Notes: a model not told the origin generated them from the sequence alone. Counted from the first letter of the stretch, positions 54,297-61,915 are shown. The stretch: DNA of 64,000 nt from an uncultured bacterium (GCA_963777505.1 CAVZQN010000005.1:81321-145320); one strand, 5' to 3'. Translations and numbers: made by a program.

Positions 54297-55020
54297 ATGC
54301 TGCCGATCAATAAGTTTAGTGGATTTTCTACGAATACGATTCAGACGGAGAATGAAGCAAAGTTTGAACAAAACCAAAGCTTTACTAAAGCGGCCATTTC
54401 TTCAGGGATTGCAACGACGAAAGACGGTTTTGACGCGACTGCGACAAAAGCATCTCTGTTTGAATCGTATGGCCATGAAATCATTGGAAAAATTGGCATC
54501 TCACCGCGCAGCAATATAAATGAGATCAGTCAATTTACCGGCGTGCCTGTAGATCAATTAAAGTCAATCTTTGCAAAGAACGGCTTAACCCCGGGAAAAT
54601 TGCCTTACCCACCTGATGAAAAAGTAATTGCACTTTTGAAAGACCCTGCATTTGCGTCACTCAATGAAGCGGATTTGTTATGGAAAGTCTACAATAATTT
54701 TGAAAATATCAATCAGGAGCCTTCTTCAACTCCGCGAAATTGATAGCAAATTGAATATGATTTCGCCTCTTCTTGAAGCGATTATTCCAAATGGTGTCCA
54801 GGGCGTTCGGGATGCAGCGGCAGCACAAGCAAAATTCCAGGAAATCTCAGACCTTACAGGCAAATCGCTAACCGAAGTTGAACAGTTATTTCAAAAATAT
54901 CATCTGAAACCTAGCTCGCTTCCGCAGCCGCCTGACTACAATGTGCTTGCCTTTTTAAAAGATCCGAATTTTTCTGCAGTGAGTCCTTCTTTGTTACTCT
55001 ATGCGACTTACGGTTGGTAA
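54297..55020 (+). CDS. Hypothetical protein with two ~60-aa repeats; apparent 1-nt insertion near 54720
   Basis: ORFs 54192..54743 and 54652..55020 join as NQE/LLQLREIDSKL; each half carries one repeat. Confidence 0.7.
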
Positions 55021-55201
55021 ATCTCTCTGAGTCTCTGCGGTGGAGTCTATTTTGCAAAACTGCAAAATCTCCTTTCTGCCTTATATGCAAAAATTCAAAG
55101 ACCTATGACAAGATCATCAATACCGATGAATCCAAAGTCAAAGTGGATGATCCTTATTGAGCAGCCTGAGTCTTCCATAAGACCGACACATCGTCTTCAG
55201 A

Positions 55202-55388
55202 ATGGACAATTCTGTCCTACATATAACTTCTCCCGATGAAAGCTTTAGACGTTTTTCTCCAGAACCGCTAGGATAAAAGAATCCTAATTCACCCCATTCC
55301 TCAGCAATCCAATTCCACCACAGCAATCTATTTGTCCTCAATAACTCGCAGTTTCCTTTATCGATCAATAGCTGGCATGACCCTTGCT
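55202..55388 (+). promoter_or_regulatory. sigma54 enhancer-promoter cassette, copy 1
   Basis: Box1 ATGG-ACAATTCTGT-CCTA at 55202, box2 TAGG-ATAAAAGAAT-CCTA at 55269, promoter TGGCATGACCCTTGCT at 55373. Confidence 0.8.
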
Positions 55389-55555
55389 CCAAAGTTTTAC
55401 GGAATTATATGGATCTCAAAGATACGAGTAACGACAGGGCTTAATGGGCTGCCCTCGTTTTCGCGTTAAGAATCTTAGCGGGAAACTCGAATTGAGGAAT
55501 TATTCGCTCCGCGGATGATAAGGCGCTCAAGAATGGAAGCTTTTATGGAGAGGAA

Positions 55556-55921
55556 ATGTCAGACATAAAAACGAATGAAGAAGTGAAAGTCAAAATGGCT
55601 GATTTAGATGAAGCGCATCCTGGAGGATTAGCTGGGAAGTCTAAACGTGAGGCAATCAACATCGCAGAGGAGGAAGCTTACTGGAAAGAAAAATACAAAA
55701 CCCGAACATATTACAACGAAGGTCGCGAGTACGATGAGTATGCTACAGCTTTTCATTATGGATGGGAAGCCGCTGCGAAGCCCGAAAATGCGGGCCGGAA
55801 ATTTGAAGAAATTGAGGCTGAGCTCGAGAAAGAATGGCCGTCTTATAAAGGCTCCAATAAAAACACGTGGCGACATGCGAAAGATGCAGTAAGGGATGCG
55901 TATGACCGCATTCAAGCTTAA
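55556..55921 (+). CDS. General-stress-type hypothetical protein (domain usually C-terminal to a glycine zipper)
   Basis: EEAYWKEKY..R.YY..GR.YDEY..AF.YGWE...FEEIE.ELE.EW...W..AKDAVRDAYDR; RBS GGAG. Confidence 0.75.
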   Translation: MSDIKTNEEVKVKMADLDEAHPGGLAGKSKREAINIAEEEAYWKEKYKTRTYYNEGREYDEYATAFHYGWEAAAKPENAGRKFEEIEAELEKEWPSYKGSNKNTWRHAKDAVRDAYDRIQA

Positions 55922-55942
55922 ATAAATTCATGGAGGAAAAAC

Positions 55943-56119
55943 ATGAAGAAAGGAGTTCGGCGGAAGTGCTTGCTCGGAGATTTGATCGTCATATTATATG
56001 AGGAAGCCAGTAAGGTTTCCTTACAATCTTTTGAACAGAGAGTAATTGTTTACGCCGCATTGAAACATATTCTTACAGAGCGAGTCAGAACGAAGCATCC
56101 AATCTCTCTTCAAGCTTAA
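55943..56119 (+). CDS. 58-aa hypothetical protein (not in ORF track)
   Basis: RBS GGAGG; MKKGVRRKCLLGDLIVILYEEASKVSLQSFEQRVIVYAALKHILTERVRTKHPISLQA; a decayed paralogue lies at 58751. Confidence 0.7.
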   Translation: MKKGVRRKCLLGDLIVILYEEASKVSLQSFEQRVIVYAALKHILTERVRTKHPISLQA

Positions 56120-56154
56120 CGTTGGATTCCGCAATGTCTGGACATCAAGGGCAT

Positions 56155-56183
56155 AAAAAAAAGAGAGCGGTTCTCCGCTCTCT
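56155..56183 (-). terminator. Intrinsic terminator, probably bidirectional
   Basis: A-tract followed by AGAGAGCGG-TTCT-CCGCTCTCT, between convergent genes. Confidence 0.8.
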
Positions 56184-56227
56184 ATTATGCAATTAAGGGG
56201 TTATGCATTAAGGATCGTTAGATGACG

Positions 56228-56548
56228 TTAGATGGTTTGTCCTGCCACGATCTTATGGAAAGTGGAACTTGATACTTCAAACGTTCTCACTTCTGGGGTA
56301 CCATCGATCACTTTTGACAGGCTTTTTAATACTTCTGGGTAAGTTGTGCGATTATAATCATCCGCGCTTTCTTTCTTATTCCAAAAACTGATTCCTGTTA
56401 CTTCTAAGCGCTCCGGCGATACGAAGCTAAGTTCATCCCGGAAACCATTTTGCTTACGCAACATGGGAACGATTTCGTTCTCAAATGTTTTTGCAAAATC
56501 GTCCTGCGCATTCTTCCTAAGTTTCATATTAACTATTCGTGCATACAT
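56228..56548 (-). CDS. ABM-like (dimeric alpha/beta barrel) protein
   Basis: MYARIV..., PMLRKQNGF, ISFW..KE.A..Y and P.V.TFEV; RBS AGGAGG. Confidence 0.8.
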   Translation of the reverse strand: MYARIVNMKLRKNAQDDFAKTFENEIVPMLRKQNGFRDELSFVSPERLEVTGISFWNKKESADDYNRTTYPEVLKSLSKVIDGTPEVRTFEVSSSTFHKIVAGQTI

Positions 56549-56740
56549 AATCTAGAACCTCCTAAGTTTTCGATTCGGTGACCAGCTAGGAGTTTTTTAA
56601 CTAGAAGCTTATTTTTAATCACTTAATCATAATAGGTTAATTATCCAAGTATGACAATCAACATACTCCAAGATAACTAGCCATTGATTCATCTTGTGTT
56701 TCTCGCTGGGTTGGTCTATAAATTATTCATATTATTAAAC

Positions 56741-56769
56741 TTGACGTCTTAATCGGATTCAGTTATCAT
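56741..56769 (+). promoter_or_regulatory. sigma70-type promoter for the BON-STAS genes
   Basis: TTGACG-N17-TATCAT in an AT-rich intergenic region. Confidence 0.55.
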
Positions 56770-56881
56770 ATTAACTAATAATGGTTAATAAAATCATAGA
56801 ATGAAAATAGATATGAGTGACCAGGATGAGTTAGCAGTCGGTTGCTGGTTGAAGATTGTGTGCGTGAAAGGAGCAAGAGCT

Positions 56882-57256
56882 ATGAATAAGAAGATGGTGT
56901 TCGTATTTATTCTTCTAGCGTTGGCAGTTTTGGTTTCTGTGAATTGTACGTCCCAAAGAAATGTAAGCGTTGGAATGAATGAAGGTCTGATAGAGAAATA
57001 CCAATGGGATGTCGTTGTATCGGAAAACGTAGATGGCCGGACTAATGATGCGAATATCTCGTCAGCCATTATGCTGAAATTCGAACAGGACGATTTGATA
57101 TCCTCTTCGAGAATTAACGTGGATACGACAAATGGTTCCGTTACATTGAGCGGTAAAGTTAGCATCCAGCCAAAAGCCGATCGCGCCTTGCAGTTAGCAC
57201 GATCCGTTGAAGGTGTGAAGCGTGTCCGTTCGAATCTGAGTGTCGAAAATCAGTAG
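56882..57256 (+). CDS. BON-domain (OsmY-like) exported protein
   Basis: Signal peptide with Cys; DANISSAI...INVDTTNGSVTLSG...A..LARSVEGVKRV.SNL. Confidence 0.88.
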   Translation: MNKKMVFVFILLALAVLVSVNCTSQRNVSVGMNEGLIEKYQWDVVVSENVDGRTNDANISSAIMLKFEQDDLISSSRINVDTTNGSVTLSGKVSIQPKADRALQLARSVEGVKRVRSNLSVENQ

Positions 57257-57267
57257 GATATAAATCA

Positions 57268-57681
57268 ATGAAATTAGTTTTACCCGAAATGGATAGTTCA
57301 TCAGATATTCAAGTGTTTAGCATCTTTAGCGATGTTCAGGCGGGACACGTCACTCCATTGGGTGAAAAGTTTGAAAAATTGTGTGAAGGTCCGGCTGTGA
57401 AGCTAATTTTCGATATGCAGGGCGCACAACGGATAGATTCTTCAGGAATTGGTGAACTAATAAAGGCACGAAATGACATCATCGAAAAGGGCGGAAAGGT
57501 TGTCCTGATGGGAGTGCATAGCAGAGTCGAGAGGCTGATCAATGTTTCTGGATTGCAAGAGTATTTTCCGATCGCTGTATCCTTGTCTGATGCTATTAAA
57601 CTGCTCACCGAATCTAATTTAAATCCACCATTAAATATGACACTCCGTGATTCCGTGGTTCAAAATGTTGGCTTCGAATAA
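57268..57681 (+). CDS. STAS-domain anti-sigma factor antagonist
   Basis: LIFDM....IDSSGIGEL with the phospho-Ser, then GGKVVL and V.RLI..SGL. Confidence 0.88.
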   Translation: MKLVLPEMDSSSDIQVFSIFSDVQAGHVTPLGEKFEKLCEGPAVKLIFDMQGAQRIDSSGIGELIKARNDIIEKGGKVVLMGVHSRVERLINVSGLQEYFPIAVSLSDAIKLLTESNLNPPLNMTLRDSVVQNVGFE

Positions 57682-57811
57682 ATTTTATCATCGCAAGACG
57701 GGTTTCAATTTTGCTTGAATTTTTAGATTTGTATTGTCAATAAAGTCCTCAACACAACTACACAAACGAACCTTTCGGAAATGCAATTTCCGACTAAATG
57801 ATGGAGAGAAA

Positions 57812-58273
57812 ATGAAAACAAGATCGATCGTAATGATTCTAATGTTTTGTTTTATCGGAGCAGTGTGCCTGGCAGCTAATGCCAATATGGGCACATGGAA
57901 ACTGAATGAAACCAAGTCGAAACTCAGCCCGGCCGTGGGAAAGAACACCATGGTTGTGTACGTTGCCGAGGGTGATAATGTGAAGATCATCGTGGATGGT
58001 CTCGATCCTATGGGTAAGCCGGCGCACAATGAATGGGTAGGGAAGTTTGATGGCAAAGATTATCCAGTTACCGGAGACCCGAATGCTGACGCACGGTCCT
58101 ATACAAGTGTCGACGACAACACGTTGCATGCAACCAACAAAAAGGGTAGTAAGTCCACTGCCGATATACAGATTGTCGTCTCAGCCGATGGCAAGACTCG
58201 CACAGTTACTGTTGCAACAATGGATTTAAAGGGTAACAAAGTTAACACCACTTCCGTCTACGACAGACAGTAA
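57812..58273 (+). CDS. Secreted hypothetical beta-barrel (lipocalin-like) protein
   Basis: Signal peptide; GTWKLNETKSK, KFDGKDYPVTG, VSADGKT and VYDRQ. Confidence 0.8.
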   Translation: MKTRSIVMILMFCFIGAVCLAANANMGTWKLNETKSKLSPAVGKNTMVVYVAEGDNVKIIVDGLDPMGKPAHNEWVGKFDGKDYPVTGDPNADARSYTSVDDNTLHATNKKGSKSTADIQIVVSADGKTRTVTVATMDLKGNKVNTTSVYDRQ

Positions 58274-58299
58274 AACTGAACTTTCTCGGTAGGCACAGG

Positions 58300-58321
58300 G
58301 GAGCGCGGACTTTAGTCCGCG
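58300..58321 (+). repeat. REP-like palindrome
   Basis: GGAG CGCGGACT TT AGTCCGCG after the gene end. Confidence 0.5.
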
Positions 58322-58381
58322 TTCCAATTGCCAATTTCGAAATGATTATCGAGCGATTGTTCTACCATACCTCCGTAAACC

Positions 58382-58568
58382 ATGGACAATTCTGTCCTAT
58401 ATGTAACTTCATCCGATAAAAGATTTAGCTGTTTCTTCCTAGGACGGCTAGGATAAAAGAAGCCTAACTGACCCATCCGCAGCAATTCAATTTCACCGCA
58501 GGAAGAAGTATTTGTCCTCAATTATTGCAGTTTCAGTAGTCAATTTAATAGATGGCATGACCTTTGCT
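58382..58568 (+). promoter_or_regulatory. sigma54 enhancer-promoter cassette, copy 2
   Basis: Box1 ATGG-ACAATTCTGT-CCTA at 58382, box2 TAGG-ATAAAAGAAG-CCTA at 58449, promoter TGGCATGACCTTTGCT at 58553. Confidence 0.8.
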
Positions 58569-58750
58569 CCAAACTTCTGTGCAATTAAGTGGCTCTCCAA
58601 GATCGTAAAAGGGCAGGGCTTTGTGCGCTGCCCTCCTTTTCGCATCAAAAATCTTAACGGGGGGAAATCGAAAAAACTAAGCAAGGTTAACAGTATTCCA
58701 TAAACGTTGTAGTTTATCCGGAATAGCCTCCGAGGAAATAGGAATGAACA

Positions 58751-58886
58751 CATCTGGTCGTTGCATTATATGAGGAAGCGAATAAGCTTTCTTTGTAGTC
58801 TTTTGAACAGAAGTAATCGTGTACGCCCTGAATCATCTTCTGACAGACCAGATCAGCACGATGCATCAATCTCTCTGCAGGCTTAA
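58751..58886 (+). pseudogene. Decayed copy of the 58-aa gene at 55943
   Basis: Reads LVVALYEEANKLSL*SFEQ, then an indel, then ...ISLQA*; in-frame TAG at 58796. Confidence 0.7.
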
Positions 58887-58954
58887 CCTTCGATTGTGCA
58901 AGCCTGAAACTCAGTGCGTAATGTGAAACGCAAATTTTTGAAAGGAGGAAAACC

Positions 58955-59113
58955 ATGTCCATAACCCCAATCCTAATTGTGATTTTAGTTCTCGCATTCC
59001 TTGGCATCTTGCCAACATGGCCGCACAGCAGGAGCTGGGGGTATGCTCCCAGTGGAATTGTGGGTCTGATTGTCGTTGTGGTGTTGATCCTGTTTTTGCT
59101 GGGACGGCTGTAA
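58955..59113 (+). CDS. DUF3309 family small membrane protein (not in ORF track)
   Basis: RBS AAAGGAGG; MSITPILIVILVLAFLGILPTWPHSRSWGYAPSGIVGLIVVVVLILFLLGRL. Confidence 0.9.
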   Translation: MSITPILIVILVLAFLGILPTWPHSRSWGYAPSGIVGLIVVVVLILFLLGRL

Positions 59114-59303
59114 GAAAAGGAAGCGGATCTGACTTCTTCAAATATCCGCGCAAATCCATCCGGGTGCCTTGCACAAACATCCGAGTCGAAAAGATTATTG
59201 ATGCTTGGATTGCAGAAGTATCTTCCAATCGCCAGATATGTGACCTATGCTATTGCACGCCATAAAAACCATTTGTTAACATTAAGGTTATGCTTGAGTA
59301 TGC

Positions 59304-60698
59304 ATGAATAAGATCAGGGCACTGGTTTTGCAGTCCGAAATGACGGATAATCCGGATCCGGTTCTGCAGAGAATTTTTGACTCCTCTTCAGAACTTGCGT
59401 TTCAAATTGAACGGAGTTCACTTGGCACCTTTCAGCAGGACAGTCCTTCGATCTCTACTTCGAATTTTAGCCCTCAGATCGTTATCCTTAATATATCGGC
59501 GTTACATGACTTCCCTCAAACGCTTTCTCTCTTTCCCGCTGTAAAACAAAAATTTTCGGACGTTCCAATCCTGGCAGTGATGGAAGCCGATGACTCAAAA
59601 GATATTTTCAATCTCCTGGAAATGGGGATTGATGATTTTGCCATATTACCAATCAAACCGATTGAAATTCTCCTTCGCATCAGAAGGCTATTGGAGAAAA
59701 ATGCTTTAGAAGATTTAGTTTCTCAATCGATCAAACAAAAATTCGGTCTGAAACAAATGATAGGACAGAGCCCGTCCTTCTTATCCAAAATCAAAAAGTT
59801 ACCGGTTTTGGCAAAGTCTGATGTGATCGTTTTTATCACAGGAGAGACAGGAACTGGAAAAGAGCTATGTGCCCGAGCCATTCATTATCTCAGCCCGCGA
59901 TCCCGCGAACCATTTATGCCGATTAACTGCGGTGCAATTCCAGTTGATCTTGTGGAGAATGAACTATTTGGTCATGAAAAAGGTGCATTCACGGGCGCTA
60001 CAGAAACAAGAACCGGACTGATAGCCGAGGCAGAAGGTGGCACCATATTTCTTGATGAGATCGACTGCTTGCCCCCTTCAGCACAGGTAAAGCTGTTACG
60101 ATTCTTGCAGGAGAAAGAATATCGGCCTCTTGGTTCTATGAAAATGAAAAAAAGCAACGTGCGTCTTCTTGCAGCGATGAATATTAATCCTCAGGAGGCA
60201 GTTGCTTCTGGTAGACTCCGTCAGGATCTTTACTACCGGTTAAACGTTATTCCTCTTGAAATACCGCCGCTAAGAGAAAGACGGGAAGACATTCCTTTGC
60301 TTGCTCACCATTTTCTGTTGAAATACGGGGTACAGTTTAATAAGCCGATGGCAGATTTTTCAGAAGAAGCGATGCAGTTGCTTCAGCTTTATGACTGGCC
60401 TGGGAACGTAAGAGAATTAGAGCACAATGTCGAAAGGGCGGTTGTACTTTCCGAAGGGCGAATCGTTCAGGCAATCGATGTTGTCCTTCCGTCTTCTGAA
60501 TCTGATCTTCAGGAATCATTTCACGATGCGAAGGTCAAGATGACAGCTGCATTCGAAAAAACCTACATTGAACGATTGCTTCTCGCTCATCATGGCAACA
60601 TTTCTCAGGCGGCTCGTGCAGCTCAGAAGAATCGGCGCACATTCTGGGAATTAATCCGTAAATACGAGATCAACGTCGAAAACTTCAAGATTCTATGA
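59304..60698 (+). CDS. sigma54-dependent activator (NtrC/Fis family bEBP) with degenerate receiver domain
   Basis: GETGTGKE, ELFGHEKGAFTGA, FLDEID, RQDLYYRLNV, WPGNVREL and C-terminal HTH GNISQAARAA. Confidence 0.95.
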   Translation: MNKIRALVLQSEMTDNPDPVLQRIFDSSSELAFQIERSSLGTFQQDSPSISTSNFSPQIVILNISALHDFPQTLSLFPAVKQKFSDVPILAVMEADDSKDIFNLLEMGIDDFAILPIKPIEILLRIRRLLEKNALEDLVSQSIKQKFGLKQMIGQSPSFLSKIKKLPVLAKSDVIVFITGETGTGKELCARAIHYLSPRSREPFMPINCGAIPVDLVENELFGHEKGAFTGATETRTGLIAEAEGGTIFLDEIDCLPPSAQVKLLRFLQEKEYRPLGSMKMKKSNVRLLAAMNINPQEAVASGRLRQDLYYRLNVIPLEIPPLRERREDIPLLAHHFLLKYGVQFNKPMADFSEEAMQLLQLYDWPGNVRELEHNVERAVVLSEGRIVQAIDVVLPSSESDLQESFHDAKVKMTAAFEKTYIERLLLAHHGNISQAARAAQKNRRTFWELIRKYEINVENFKIL

Positions 60699-60762
60699 AT
60701 CCTTTCATACTAATTATTTAGTATCTCAGCGAAGAAGAATATTCGGGCATTTCTCGGTAGAT

Positions 60763-60952
60763 CTGGAGAATAATGCCCTACCTGTAACTTCATCGAATGA
60801 ACGAGTTGGCCAAGTATCGTAAAAATCGCTAGGGTAAAAAGCGCCTACCTTTGTTCGTATTCACGAACATTGAAAGCCCGCACGAACACGTAATACTCTC
60901 AATAAATCGTAGTTTCACCGATTAACGGAAATAGTTTGGCCTAACACTTGCT
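60763..60952 (+). promoter_or_regulatory. sigma54 enhancer-promoter cassette, copy 3 (diverged)
   Basis: Box1 CTGG-AGAATAATGC-CCTA at 60763, box2 TAGG-GTAAAAAGCG-CCTA at 60830, promoter TGGCCTAACACTTGCT at 60937. Confidence 0.72.
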
Positions 60953-60981
60953 ACTTGAGCAGTTATAAAGAACAGGTCAAA

Positions 60982-61257
60982 TTGAAAAACGAACATGATG
61001 AAACACAAGAATCTTCTCACAAGATTCTGGCATATCTGATGGCCAATCCGGATGCGCAAGACACTTTGGAAGGCATTGTGGACTGGTGGCTATTGCAGCA
61101 AGACATAAAACGGAACGTTGCGCTAGTCAGAAAGTCAGTCGATGGGCTGATTCAAAAAGGATTTCTGCTTGAACGACAAGGCACTGATCGGACGAAATAT
61201 TATCGAGTGAATCGCGATCGTCTTGCGGAAATCTCGACACTCATTGTGAAAACATGA
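60982..61257 (+). CDS. Small winged-helix-like hypothetical protein
   Basis: ILAYL..NPDAQDTLEGIVDWWL...V..LIQKGFL...YYRVN. Start moved to TTG 60982 because 60955 lies upstream of the predicted sigma54 start site. Confidence 0.75.
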   Translation: MKNEHDETQESSHKILAYLMANPDAQDTLEGIVDWWLLQQDIKRNVALVRKSVDGLIQKGFLLERQGTDRTKYYRVNRDRLAEISTLIVKT

Positions 61258-61291
61258 AAGTGATCTCATATCAAATTTAAGGAGGCAAAAA

Positions 61292-61441
61292 ATGCTTTGG
61301 ACAATTGCTGTAGTTCTTTTGGTTCTATGGGCACTCGGACTAGCCACGTCTTACACGCTTGGCGGATTGATTCATGTGCTGATTGTTTTGGCCATCATCG
61401 CCGTAGCGTACCAGCTGATTACGGGACGAAGAGTGGCTTGA
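61292..61441 (+). CDS. lmo0937-family (DUF5670) small membrane protein (not in ORF track)
   Basis: RBS TAAGGAGG; MLWTIAVVLLVLWALGLATSYTLGGLIHVLIVLAIIAVAYQLITGRRVA. Confidence 0.9.
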   Translation: MLWTIAVVLLVLWALGLATSYTLGGLIHVLIVLAIIAVAYQLITGRRVA

Positions 61442-61544
61442 CTGAACAGGATAAATTTTCGAGCTTGATGACACCCGAGCGGCACCAATATAAAGAACAG
61501 GTGTCAAAAGGTAGAACAGCCTGCAACCAATTTCAGGCAGTCCT

Positions 61545-61565
61545 ACCGGAATGATTCGGCCGGCG
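61545..61565. other. Abrupt switch from AT-richer to very GC-rich DNA; probable contig or chimera junction
   Basis: Composition and codon usage change within a few bases, and the GC-rich side starts in mid-gene. Confidence 0.85.
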
Positions 61566-61903
61566 TCGTCGCGTTCCAGCTCGCGCTGGCCCTCGGGGCG
61601 CCGTGGGGCCGCTACGCGATGGGCGGCGCGTTCCCAGGCCGCTTCCCCCCACCGATGCGGGTCGCGGCCGTCGTCCAGGCGGCGGTGATCGCCCTGCTGG
61701 CTGTGGCCGTGTTGTCGGCGGCCGGTCTCGTCCTGCCGGGTCTGGCGGACTCGCTCCCGTGGCTCGTCTGGGTCGCCGTCGGCGTATCGGCTCTTGCCGT
61801 CGTCCTCAACGGCATCAGCCGCAGCGCCGGCGAACGCCGGATCTGGGTCCCGGTCAGCTTCGTGCTCCTTGCTTCGAGCCTGATCGTCGTGCTCGATCTC
61901 TGA
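61559..61903 (+). CDS. 5'-truncated integral membrane protein
   Basis: The frame reads AGVVAFQLALALGAPWGRYAMGG...SRSAGERRIWVPV and is open up to the junction. Confidence 0.7.
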   Translation, partial: AGVVAFQLALALGAPWGRYAMGGAFPGRFPPPMRVAAVVQAAVIALLAVAVLSAAGLVLPGLADSLPWLVWVAVGVSALAVVLNGISRSAGERRIWVPVSFVLLASSLIVVLDL

Positions 61904-61915
61904 ACCGCTGACCAG

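Noticed and set aside
55202-58456. 24-codon plus-strand ORFs MDNSVL...LG* in cassette copies 1 and 2, read as leader peptides
   Set aside because: They have no RBS, lie upstream of the promoter, are absent from copy 3, and their start and stop fall inside the binding boxes.
55138-58521. Two similar minus-strand ORFs (55138..55392 and 58312..58521) sharing LGFFYPS...RTELS, read as a paralogous protein pair
   Set aside because: Differences are mostly non-synonymous and the frames break. The conserved residues coincide with the palindromic boxes of the promoter cassette, so the similarity is at DNA level.
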